64,000 bases of DNA from the NCBI GenBank assembly GCA_029070965.1, contig JAIEBI010000058.1, positions 14,135-78,134 of the forward strand. Reading direction: 5' to 3'. Under the pieces are notes generated by a model that was given only the letters and a program-made list of their open reading frames with translations, made no database searches and was not told the origin of the DNA. Shown here in pieces: positions 55,862 to 64,000 of this stretch (position 1 is its first letter; the number at the start of each line of letters is the position of its first letter). Position numbers and translations under genes: made by a program. This DNA comes from Clostridiales bacterium (GTDB taxonomy: Bacteria; Bacillota; Clostridia; Christensenellales; Pumilibacteraceae).

Positions 55862-56842
55862 ATGGCGGAGAACGAAGTGGAAGAGGTAGAAAAATCCGAA
55901 CAGGCGCATGACGAGCCGGAAGAAATCGACAAGGATGAACAGGAACGGGAACAGGACAAAAAGGCGGATCGCGTCGCATGGTTGCGTTTTGTGCTGCTCC
56001 ATGTTGCGGTGTTAATCCCGATAGTAATCGGAGTAACGTGCTTTATAGTCGGCAGTCATACCGACAACAATACAGTATCTTTTGTCGGTATGCTCGCGTT
56101 TGAGGCAGGCGTACCCTCGGTGATGGCCATACTCATAGCCGTCGTGCTTATATGGAAGTTTCGCAGCATTAAAAAATTGGAGTCGGATACAACGGACACG
56201 ACGACCGACACGACGACCGACACGACGGTCGCAATAGACGAAGCAAGCGACGACGAAGCGAAAGCGCAAACAATGTCGCAGAGAGAGCGCGAGCAGCATG
56301 CGATAGACGCCGTCAACAGCACAAATCGCTATGCAAGCCGAGCCAATATGGCAGATTACGAGGTGCAAAGCATAGCGGAAGGCATGAAACACGCGCCTAA
56401 GTGGGGGCTGCCGGTAGGACTTGTTTGTTTCTTTTCTCTTTTTGGCCTTCTTATCGCTGCGACTGTTCTTCTCATAAATCGAATATTCGTGGGCGCTATA
56501 ATATGCGCCGCAATAGTCGGTGTTGTTCTCATCACGACTTTTATCGTTATGGCGGTAAGCCGTGCAAGAGCAACAAACGGCGATATCAGTAAAGCCAAAA
56601 AGATTACCGAAGGCAAAGTTAAAGCTTGCTTTATGGCCGGTACGAGTACAATGAGGGCGGGCGGAAGCGTGCGCATAACCGGTGTAACTTACAGGGTGAT
56701 AGTAATAGCCGACGGCGTAGAATACGGCGCGTTTTCAAAGCGGTTTTACGAAACCGATGAAAACGTAACAGTTGCCGTTATGGGCAAAAAGCGTGCCAAA
56801 ATAGTAGAGGACTTCGAGCCCGAAGAAGTCGAAACCGAATGA
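55862..56842 (+). CDS. Four-TM membrane protein with acidic N-terminus
   Basis: Two TM pairs; 12-bp tandem repeat GACACGACGACC at 56195-56227 (DTTT). Confidence 0.75.
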   Translation: MAENEVEEVEKSEQAHDEPEEIDKDEQEREQDKKADRVAWLRFVLLHVAVLIPIVIGVTCFIVGSHTDNNTVSFVGMLAFEAGVPSVMAILIAVVLIWKFRSIKKLESDTTDTTTDTTTDTTVAIDEASDDEAKAQTMSQREREQHAIDAVNSTNRYASRANMADYEVQSIAEGMKHAPKWGLPVGLVCFFSLFGLLIAATVLLINRIFVGAIICAAIVGVVLITTFIVMAVSRARATNGDISKAKKITEGKVKACFMAGTSTMRAGGSVRITGVTYRVIVIADGVEYGAFSKRFYETDENVTVAVMGKKRAKIVEDFEPEEVETE

Positions 56843-56970
56843 ACGACAAATGATGATAACTATAAAGCTATAAATTTCAATTTACTGTACAAATGTGAAA
56901 AATATATACGGTATATTTATTTGAGTTTGCGAGGAAAACATGATATAATACGAACGAGGTGTTCAAAACA

Positions 56971-57495
56971 ATGGATAAATTTACGATAGAAATACCCGAG
57001 TTTTGCCTTGTGGCGCTGGTGGGCGCGACGTCGGCAGGCAAGAGCAGCTTTGCCAAAAAGCATTTTAAGCCGACGGAAATATTGTCCTCCGATTTTTTTA
57101 GGGCGATGATATGCGACGACGAAAATGAACAAAGCATATCGAGCGACGCCTTCGATTTGCTTTATAACGCGCTTAATAAGCGGCTTAAAAACCGTAAGCT
57201 CACTATTGTCGACGCGACGAGTGTGCAGCAAAGCGCGCGTACAAAGCTTTTGGACATCGCCAAGCAGCATAACGCACCTACGGCGGCGATAGTATTGAAT
57301 CCTCCCGAAGAAGTTTTACATCAGCGCAACCAAGCGCGCCCTGACAGAGATATTCCCGACAACGTCGTCAGCGAACATTACTGCGAGCTTATGCAAAGCA
57401 TAGAGAACTTGAAAGGTGAGGGCTTCGGTTTTGTATACATTTTAAATTCGCTTGAACAAATCGACAACGTGCAAATAGTCCGCACCGCGCTATGA
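56971..57495 (+). CDS. AAA_33 kinase: isolated N-terminal module of bacterial Pnkp (truncated)
   Basis: IPEFCLVALVGATSAGKSSFAKKHFKPTEILSSD..AFDLL..RKLTIVDAT..RN..RPDR; homology continues past the stop. Confidence 0.8.
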   Translation: MDKFTIEIPEFCLVALVGATSAGKSSFAKKHFKPTEILSSDFFRAMICDDENEQSISSDAFDLLYNALNKRLKNRKLTIVDATSVQQSARTKLLDIAKQHNAPTAAIVLNPPEEVLHQRNQARPDRDIPDNVVSEHYCELMQSIENLKGEGFGFVYILNSLEQIDNVQIVRTAL

Positions 57496-57519
57496 TACGA
57501 TAAAAAATACGAACATTGA

Positions 57520-57549
57520 AATAGCCGAATGTTATAAGCTTCGGCTATT
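57520..57549. terminator. Intrinsic terminator
   Basis: AATAGCCGAA...TTCGGCTATT followed by a T-run. Confidence 0.7.
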
Positions 57550-57605
57550 TTCTTTTTGTGCGGTAATATTGACATTTTGTTATATCGGCCGTATAATAGT
57601 TTTGT

Positions 57606-58025
57606 ATGCGTAAAGCTATGAACAAAGGCGGCATAAAAGATTTTATATTGCCCGCGGCGGTACTTTTTGTCGGTGCGGCGCTTACCGTCATGTCCTTTTG
57701 CTTGTACTATCTTGTTTCGCCGCTCCACATGGCTGTGCTTGTTTTGCTGTTTATATTGGATTTTATATATACCATAGTTTGCTCGTGCGGATTGCTTAAA
57801 TACGGGTCGGTAAAAAATTGGCATTGGAAGGGCGTTTTAATGGCGGTGTTGTACATACCCGCGTTTATTCTCGTTTCCTCGTTGTTTTTGCTCTTTTGCA
57901 ATGCGACGAATTTGCTTACACAGCATATTGTCGAAATAGTATATTGCGCGTTCTTCACCGGCCCGAGTATTATTTTTGTGATAATAATAGCGCTGCTTGC
58001 TATCGCTTGTTTGGGATATGCTTAA
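57606..58025 (+). CDS. Small multi-TM membrane protein
   Basis: Four hydrophobic helices; promoter TTGACA (57569)-17-TATAAT (57592). Confidence 0.7.
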   Translation: MRKAMNKGGIKDFILPAAVLFVGAALTVMSFCLYYLVSPLHMAVLVLLFILDFIYTIVCSCGLLKYGSVKNWHWKGVLMAVLYIPAFILVSSLFLLFCNATNLLTQHIVEIVYCAFFTGPSIIFVIIIALLAIACLGYA

Positions 58026-58080
58026 TAATTTGACTAACGCAAACGGTTTTTGTATATATAAACGGCAAGAGGAGGTTTAA

Positions 58081-58854
58081 ATGCGCGCATATACTGTGTT
58101 ACTAATAAAGGCTATTTTCCGCGCCATATTTATATTTTTAGTGTGCGGGCTTATGAATGCGCTTATAATCGGGCTCGTGGTCGTGCAGTATCCCGAAGAT
58201 ATTATGTCCTACGTTGCGTTGTCGTTTATTTTGCTCGTGGATGGTTTGCTTTTATTCCCTTGGATTGCTGCGTTCCGAAAAATAAAATACAAGCCAAAAA
58301 CGATTTCCAAGCATTTGGTTTTTTGGCTTAGTATGGTTTTGTACTGCTGTTTATTCGCCGTAGCTTGTTTGACAAGCGCGTTATTTATGGACTTAACGGC
58401 GGAAGGCAAAATCGTAGTTCCGCTGTTTCTCTGTATATTCGGCGGTATGGGTTTGGCGGATTTGAGCGTTTTGATTTATCAAATAATAGGATATATCCAA
58501 ATTAAACAATGCTTAAAATACGGCGAAGAAACTACCGCGGAGTTTGTAGGGGCAGGCAAAACCGTGAACGTGCATTATGGTAAGGAAAGACGCGGTACGA
58601 CTGTCACGGGTGTAAGTGTCATATTTAAATACATAGATTCTTACGGTGAGGAAACAGAAGCCGCAAGCAGGCGCGTGTTCTCGTGGGACGAGGTGGACGT
58701 TTTGGAAAAGGCGGGTACGTTCAAGATTAAGTTCAATCACCGTACCGCCGTCATACTGGAAACGTTCGAACCGCAGGACGAGGAACAGGAAGGACCTGAG
58801 CCGCAAGCCGACGGGCAATCGGAACCGTCGTCCGACGAAAAAGGCGAGGAATAA
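58081..58854 (+). CDS. Multi-TM membrane protein with OB-like C-terminal domain
   Basis: RBS GAGGAGGT; four TM helices then a beta-rich domain. Confidence 0.75.
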   Translation: MRAYTVLLIKAIFRAIFIFLVCGLMNALIIGLVVVQYPEDIMSYVALSFILLVDGLLLFPWIAAFRKIKYKPKTISKHLVFWLSMVLYCCLFAVACLTSALFMDLTAEGKIVVPLFLCIFGGMGLADLSVLIYQIIGYIQIKQCLKYGEETTAEFVGAGKTVNVHYGKERRGTTVTGVSVIFKYIDSYGEETEAASRRVFSWDEVDVLEKAGTFKIKFNHRTAVILETFEPQDEEQEGPEPQADGQSEPSSDEKGEE

Positions 58855-59018
58855 AGAGACATATCCTTATGCGTATATGTGCGTTTGCTGTGGGTGTTTG
58901 CCTATAATTTGCCGAAAAATATCAAAAATTTACACGTAACGGTTGACGATTGGCGTTTTGGGGTGTATATTAAATGTACATTGTGTGATAGCACAAAATA
59001 TCTATTAAGGAAAGGGAT

Positions 59019-60293
59019 ATGAAAAGAAGATTATTCACAATCATCATCGCCGCGCTGGCGGCAGTCCTTTGCGCGTTTGTTTTTGTAGCGTGCGGCGGAG
59101 ACAAGGGCGGTGACACTCATCCCGCCGACACGGCGTATACCGGCGCGCTTTCGGCTGAAACCTACGCTTCGCCCAATGCCGCGGCAAAGGCGTTTATAGA
59201 CGTCGAAATCAGCGGCGACGTTACCGACGCGACCTTTGTGTCGTACACCAAAACCGCCGACCTGACCGAAGATGAGGTTGACGCGCTCGATATTTCCGAA
59301 GCCGAAAAAGAGGAAATCGAGTCGGTGGAAAAGGGCGAGATCAAGTACACCGTTGCGGCAGGCGAGTCCGACTTGACCGTGCGCACTTCGGCGGACGAGG
59401 AAAAAACGTACTTTGTTATCATTGTCACGTACAAAAACCAAACCGTTAAATACTATTCGCCCATGATTAACACGGGCGATCCGCTTACCAAATCGTACTA
59501 CGACAAGATTTTTTCGGCGGAAAATTTTAAAAACGTAACGCTTAGCTATAAATTGGATCTTCCCATCAAAGCCAGCTATCAGAGCATGAGCTTTACCATG
59601 AAGACGACGATCAAGATTGAAGGCAAGTGGGACGAAGACTCTTACGGTTACTTTAAGTCCACTTCGACTGTCGATTTCGGCAAGCTGGGCGAGTTCATGG
59701 GCGTTAGCGGCAAGCAAACCATTGTTATGGAGCAGGTTTACGTAAACGACAAGACCTCTAAGTTCAACGGCTGCATATTTGCGCGCACCAAGGAAGACGG
59801 CGAAACGTCCGAATGGATAATGGAGGGCACAATCAAGGTCGACGACGGTATCTACGAAGAAATGCCTGATTACGGCGAGGATGACGACGATTACGATATA
59901 GATATGCCCGATTACGACGATGACGACGACATGCTGTCCAAGTTTATGCCCGCGTTCGACTACTCGTATTTTATCAAGACCAAAACAGGGTTCAAGATTA
60001 ACAGCGAAAAGCTTACCGAGTACATGAACATCGCGCTTAAAGACGCCTTCGACCAATCGGGCGCCCAAGCCATGGGCATTACGCTGGGTAAGACCTCCGC
60101 TTCCGCAGATTACTATGTATACGACGGCAAACTGACCGAAAGCGTTGTTAAAGTCAACTGCAAGTATTCTATGGATAATCAAGGCATGCATTACAACTAC
60201 ACGATGAACGAAAAAATCACGGTCAAGTATTCCGACTACGGCAACACCACCGTTGTCGTTCCGACCGATATAGACTTTGACAGCTATCTGTAA
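59019..60293 (+). CDS. Hypothetical lipoprotein
   Basis: Signal peptide with lipobox FVFVAC; acidic Asp-rich linker. Confidence 0.8.
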   Translation: MKRRLFTIIIAALAAVLCAFVFVACGGDKGGDTHPADTAYTGALSAETYASPNAAAKAFIDVEISGDVTDATFVSYTKTADLTEDEVDALDISEAEKEEIESVEKGEIKYTVAAGESDLTVRTSADEEKTYFVIIVTYKNQTVKYYSPMINTGDPLTKSYYDKIFSAENFKNVTLSYKLDLPIKASYQSMSFTMKTTIKIEGKWDEDSYGYFKSTSTVDFGKLGEFMGVSGKQTIVMEQVYVNDKTSKFNGCIFARTKEDGETSEWIMEGTIKVDDGIYEEMPDYGEDDDDYDIDMPDYDDDDDMLSKFMPAFDYSYFIKTKTGFKINSEKLTEYMNIALKDAFDQSGAQAMGITLGKTSASADYYVYDGKLTESVVKVNCKYSMDNQGMHYNYTMNEKITVKYSDYGNTTVVVPTDIDFDSYL

Positions 60294-60315
60294 TACGGTC
60301 TACATAGCTTAGAGC

Positions 60316-60350
60316 AAAACCCCGTCTGCATCTTTGCAAGCGGGGTTTTT
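60316..60350 (+). terminator. Intrinsic terminator
   Basis: AAAACCCCG...CGGGGTTTTT. Confidence 0.7.
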
Positions 60351-60508
60351 ACGTGCGCAAAAAAGGTGGCGCAAAAAACGTTGTGAAAACAGAGTGTATA
60401 CGGCATAGATAATATTATGGTAATTGCCGATGGCGTCTTTTTCAGTCTTGACAATATTCGACAATTTGATATATAATATTAGCGTGGCATTGTGCCTTAG
60501 AGGTGGTT

Positions 60509-61726
60509 ATGAAATCTTTGACCGAGCTATACAGATGCGGCATGGGTCCGTCCAGTTCGCACACGATCGCGCCCGAAAACGCAGCTCGTGCGTTTTTGGC
60601 CGAGCATGGCGACTTATCCGAATACAAGGTTATACTGTACGGGTCGCTTGCCAAAACGGGCAAGGGACATATGACCGACAAGGTTATTGTGCGCACGTTC
60701 GAGGGCCGTCCCGTGACGGTGGAGTTCAACACAGATAAAAAAGACTTGCCGCACCCCAATACCTTTGACATAATCGGCTATTCGGGCGGAGCGCAAGCGG
60801 CGACGTGGCGAGTGACAAGCATAGGCGGCGGTGCATTCAAGGTTAAGGGCAAAAAGAGTTCTTCGCCCGACGTGTACCCGCACAAAAATTTTCGCGAGAT
60901 TGCGGACTACTGCGAGAAAAACAACATCAGGCTGTGCGAGTACGCCCAAAAGTTTGACGTTGTAGGTATACGCGATTACGTGCGCGAGGTGTGGGCGGTA
61001 ATGCAGGACGCGATAGTGCGCGGGCTTGCCGCGGACGGAGTGCTTGACGGCGGGCTTAACGTAAAGCGCAAAGCCAAAACGCTGTACGAAACCAACAACG
61101 TGTTCGAGGACGGCATGACGCGCGAAAATCGGCTGGTGTGTGCGTTTGCGTTTGCGGTGGGCGAGGAAAACGCGTCGTGCGGCAAAATAGTGACTGCGCC
61201 CACGTGCGGCGCGGCGGGCGTATTGCCGGCGGTGCTGTACTACTACAAGAACAAGTACCATTACGCCGACGAAAAAATTATAGACGCTTTGCTTACGGCA
61301 GGCATAATAGGCAACGTTGTCAAGACCAACGCGTCCATAAGCGGCGCGGAATGCGGGTGTCAGGCGGAGATAGGTACGGCGTGTTCCATGGCGTCGGCGG
61401 CGCTCGGCGAGCTGTTCGGCATGAATATCAACCAGATAGAATACGCGGCGGAGGTCGCGCTCGAACACCACTTGGGGCTTACGTGCGACCCGATTAAGGG
61501 CTTGGTGCAAATCCCGTGCATAGAGCGCAACGCCGTTGCCGCAATGCGTGCTATAAACGCGGTCAACCTTGCCAACTTTTTGACGGACTCGCGCAAGATT
61601 TCGTACGATATGGTGGTTGCCACAATGTACAAGACGGGCAAGGATATGTCGCGCATATACCGCGAAACGGCGGAGGGCGGGCTTGCCAAGGCATACGTAG
61701 CGACCGATAGTGGAGGAGATGCATAA
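60509..61726 (+). CDS. sdaA: L-serine dehydratase, single-chain Fe-S type
   Basis: GMGPSSSHT, IVTAPTCGAAGVLP, ISGAECGCQAE, HLGLTCDP..GLVQIPCIERN, YRETAEGGLA. Confidence 0.93.
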   Translation: MKSLTELYRCGMGPSSSHTIAPENAARAFLAEHGDLSEYKVILYGSLAKTGKGHMTDKVIVRTFEGRPVTVEFNTDKKDLPHPNTFDIIGYSGGAQAATWRVTSIGGGAFKVKGKKSSSPDVYPHKNFREIADYCEKNNIRLCEYAQKFDVVGIRDYVREVWAVMQDAIVRGLAADGVLDGGLNVKRKAKTLYETNNVFEDGMTRENRLVCAFAFAVGEENASCGKIVTAPTCGAAGVLPAVLYYYKNKYHYADEKIIDALLTAGIIGNVVKTNASISGAECGCQAEIGTACSMASAALGELFGMNINQIEYAAEVALEHHLGLTCDPIKGLVQIPCIERNAVAAMRAINAVNLANFLTDSRKISYDMVVATMYKTGKDMSRIYRETAEGGLAKAYVATDSGGDA

Positions 61727-62631
61727 TGGGCAAAAAAACAAAAATGACTAAGGAAGCCAAGCTGAACTTTTTGAAAAAATTCATAATGGTCGTAATAGGA
61801 TGCTCTATATACTCGTTTGGTATAGGGGTGTTTCTCGACCCGTACAAAATGGCGGCGGGCGGCGTTACCGGTATATCCATACTTATCAACGCGGCGACGG
61901 GCGACAAGATAGGTACAGGCTGGCTGATACTCATAATCAACGTGCCGCTGTTTATTATCGGCTTAATATTTATCGGCAAAAAGTTTGTGCTTTCCTCGCT
62001 GGCGGTGGTCGGGCTGTCGTCCGGACTTATGGAAATATGCGCTAACTTTATAGTGCCGTACATGCCCGAAGTGAACGTTATTGTCGCAGCGCTCGCGGGC
62101 GGCACAATGTTCGGCGCGGGACTGGGGCTTGTATTCCGTACGGGCAGCAGCACGGGCGGAACGGATATAATAGTCAAGCTATTGCGCCGAAAGTTCAGGT
62201 ATCTTAAAACGGGCATTATATCGGTGTCGATAGATTGCTTGATAGTTATGGCTTCCACAATAGTGTACAAAGACTTAGAGCTTATGCTTGTTACCATTGT
62301 GTCTTTGGTAACGTTTTCTATTGTGTTCAACCGCGTGCTGTACGGCGGCAATTCCGCAATGAAGGTTATTATAATAACAACCGCCGAACGCGCGCGGCTG
62401 ATTTGCGACGGACTGCTTAAAGACTTGGACGTCGGCGCGACCATTATCGACGGCAAGGGCGCTTATTCGGGCAACGAAAAAACGATAATCATGTGCGCCG
62501 TCAAAAATTACGTGTACCCGCGCATTCGCGACGTCGTAAAAAAGTACGACAGCAGCGCGTTTACTATTGTGTCGTCGGCTTTGGAAATTTACGGCGAGGG
62601 CTATATGCCGCAGGACGCCGCGGAATTGTAA
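61726..62631 (+). CDS. YitT-family membrane protein
   Basis: AAGGVTGISI, INVPLFI, GSSTGGTDII, GATIIDGKGAYSG, AFTIV..EIYGEG. Confidence 0.92.
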   Translation: MGKKTKMTKEAKLNFLKKFIMVVIGCSIYSFGIGVFLDPYKMAAGGVTGISILINAATGDKIGTGWLILIINVPLFIIGLIFIGKKFVLSSLAVVGLSSGLMEICANFIVPYMPEVNVIVAALAGGTMFGAGLGLVFRTGSSTGGTDIIVKLLRRKFRYLKTGIISVSIDCLIVMASTIVYKDLELMLVTIVSLVTFSIVFNRVLYGGNSAMKVIIITTAERARLICDGLLKDLDVGATIIDGKGAYSGNEKTIIMCAVKNYVYPRIRDVVKKYDSSAFTIVSSALEIYGEGYMPQDAAEL

Positions 62632-62632
62632 T

Positions 62633-62667
62633 GAATTAAGAATTAAGAATGCAGAATTAAGAATTAG
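62633..62667 (+). repeat. Five heptamer units
   Basis: GAATTAA GAATTAA GAATGCA GAATTAA GAATTAG. Confidence 0.75.
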
Positions 62668-62750
62668 GGTTAAGTTTATTTTTGCCGAATTAAAAAACGT
62701 ATTGACACAGCGTTGCGTTTTTGCTATAATATTAAATACCGTTATTGCGA

Positions 62751-64000
62751 ATGATAAAGGGTGAAAAGGTGGTTACGTTTTGCTCCGCGTCGGTTAGCCT
62801 GTTATCGGCAATTACCGTCGCCAATCCCAAATCCATAACGTTCATATTGTTTTGCTTGAACATAGGACTGTTGCTTTGCGCCGTTATACAAACGACGGCG
62901 CTTGTCGTGCTGTACCGCAAAACGTTGTGCGCGTCGGTAGTGGGCTTGGCAAACATAATGGTTTTCGGCATGGGTGGAGTGTTGTTTGTCATTCAGCTGC
63001 TGATGTACGTTTACGGCAACGCCAATGCGATTTACGCCATATCGTTTTGCGTGTGCTTGCTGTATGCGTCGTTTATCACGTCCACGGTGTACAGCATAAT
63101 GCTGTCGCGCAACGAGCATAAAACGCTGTGTATACTTGCCGGCGTGTTCGATTTTATCCCGCCGATTGGTGTGGTGTTCACCGTTGTGTTGTCGTACAAA
63201 GTTCACCACGATACCGTTGCAAAACAATTTATTTACAAAGGCTATAACTATACGTACGCCGCGCTCGGGCAGTTTTGCGCCGCCAACAAAGCGACGCTTA
63301 TCGACATGGCTGGCGACGAGGAGCTGTATTCGCTCGACAAAAAGGAAACCAAGCATAAGCTCAATGAGTTGAAGCTTCACCTCGATACCGCCGAGGGCCA
63401 GTATGCGTACGCCGTTGCGCTGGCAACATACGTGCCTGACAAGAGCAAGACCGCCGTCAAGTATATGAAAAAAGCCGCCGACGGCGGTCATACCGCGGCG
63501 CTGTTCAACCTCGGCTACTACTACGAGGTGGGTGCGTACCTTCCCAAGGATTTAAAAAAAGCAAAGAGCTTTTACACGCGTGCGGCGGAAGCGGGCGACG
63601 AGGACGCGACGATGCGGCTGGCTATACTCGAGGTCAAATCGGGCGACGCCGCAGCAGGGTTCAAGCTGTTCAAGGACCGCGCGGAAAACAAGAGCGATTT
63701 GTGCGCCAAGTACAATTTGGGAATATGCTACGAGCAGGGTATAGGCGTGGATGCCGATATGGACAAAGCGCTTGACATTTACTGCGAGTGCATAGATGCG
63801 GGAATGTTCGAGGCGGAAAAACGCCTGTTCGCGATAGCTGCGCAGGATATAAACTCGGCGCAAAACGGCGAGTTCTTCCGCAGGGTAACGGACAGGCAGT
63901 TTAAAGGCTCGTTTGCAAAAATGATAGACGGGCTTATCGAAATAAAAAAGCGACTCGCATCCGACGCCGTCGAGCATTTTTTAAAGGTGCTTGACTTCAA
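62751..64000 (+). CDS. Membrane protein with C-terminal SEL1 repeats, runs off the window (absent from the ORF track)
   Basis: Promoter TTGACA (62702)-17-TG-c-TATAAT. Open frame from ATG 62751 with several TM helices, then KYMKKAADGGHTAALFNLGYYYEVG and AKYNLGICYEQGIGV. Confidence 0.85.
   Translation, partial: MIKGEKVVTFCSASVSLLSAITVANPKSITFILFCLNIGLLLCAVIQTTALVVLYRKTLCASVVGLANIMVFGMGGVLFVIQLLMYVYGNANAIYAISFCVCLLYASFITSTVYSIMLSRNEHKTLCILAGVFDFIPPIGVVFTVVLSYKVHHDTVAKQFIYKGYNYTYAALGQFCAANKATLIDMAGDEELYSLDKKETKHKLNELKLHLDTAEGQYAYAVALATYVPDKSKTAVKYMKKAADGGHTAALFNLGYYYEVGAYLPKDLKKAKSFYTRAAEAGDEDATMRLAILEVKSGDAAAGFKLFKDRAENKSDLCAKYNLGICYEQGIGVDADMDKALDIYCECIDAGMFEAEKRLFAIAAQDINSAQNGEFFRRVTDRQFKGSFAKMIDGLIEIKKRLASDAVEHFLKVLDF

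Noticed and set aside
56195-56227. 12-bp tandem repeat as a phase-variation switch
   Set aside because: The unit length is a multiple of three, so it only alters a Thr/Asp linker length.
57493-57519. TGA recoding (genetic code 4 or 25) suggested by TGA at Trp and Gly positions
   Set aside because: TGA ends many well-defined genes here (e.g. 1273, 5201, 29142) with coupled downstream starts, and TGG is used for Trp throughout.
59031-61741. Long minus-strand ORFs 59031-60191 and 60614-61741
   Set aside because: Antisense shadows of the lipoprotein and sdaA genes.
62802-63491. 229-aa minus-strand ORF
   Set aside because: Shadow of the plus-strand membrane-SEL1 gene starting at 62751, which the track missed because it has no stop in the window.

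Overview
Chromosomal window of a Firmicutes/Clostridia-type bacterium (sigmaA-type TTGACA-17-TATAAT promoters, standard genetic code; a Christensenellales-like gut anaerobe is only my inference). Left arm (1-12.3 kb): a SEL1-LRR / metallophosphoesterase / degenerate AAA-LRR gene triad, then a self-contained five-gene operon (promoter, radical SAM/SPASM, 789-aa unknown, atypical KGGxGRT MinD/ParA ATPase, 837-aa unknown, TIR-domain protein, terminator). This operon is my best candidate for an undescribed system. Next come a GH74-like beta-propeller lipoprotein, two HAD hydrolases, a sirtuin, a TetR regulator and the tmRNA gene. A ~33.4-kb temperate prophage is integrated at the tmRNA 3' end (19-bp att direct repeats at 18645 and 52036). 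It has integrase, cI/cro, ERF/SSB/Rep, PcfK/PcfJ, a PBSX-type terminase and an A118-like head. It also carries a Tad1 anti-Thoeris sponge, a stand-alone Spo0A C-terminal-like domain, a very short tape-measure candidate, several morons and no recognisable endolysin. Right of attR lies an AT-rich islet (2TM protein, XRE regulator, EcoRI-family methyltransferase, DUF262-HNH nuclease), then membrane proteins, a truncated Pnkp kinase, a lipoprotein, L-serine dehydratase, YitT and a membrane SEL1 protein running off the window. All family assignments are motif recognition from memory, not database searches.
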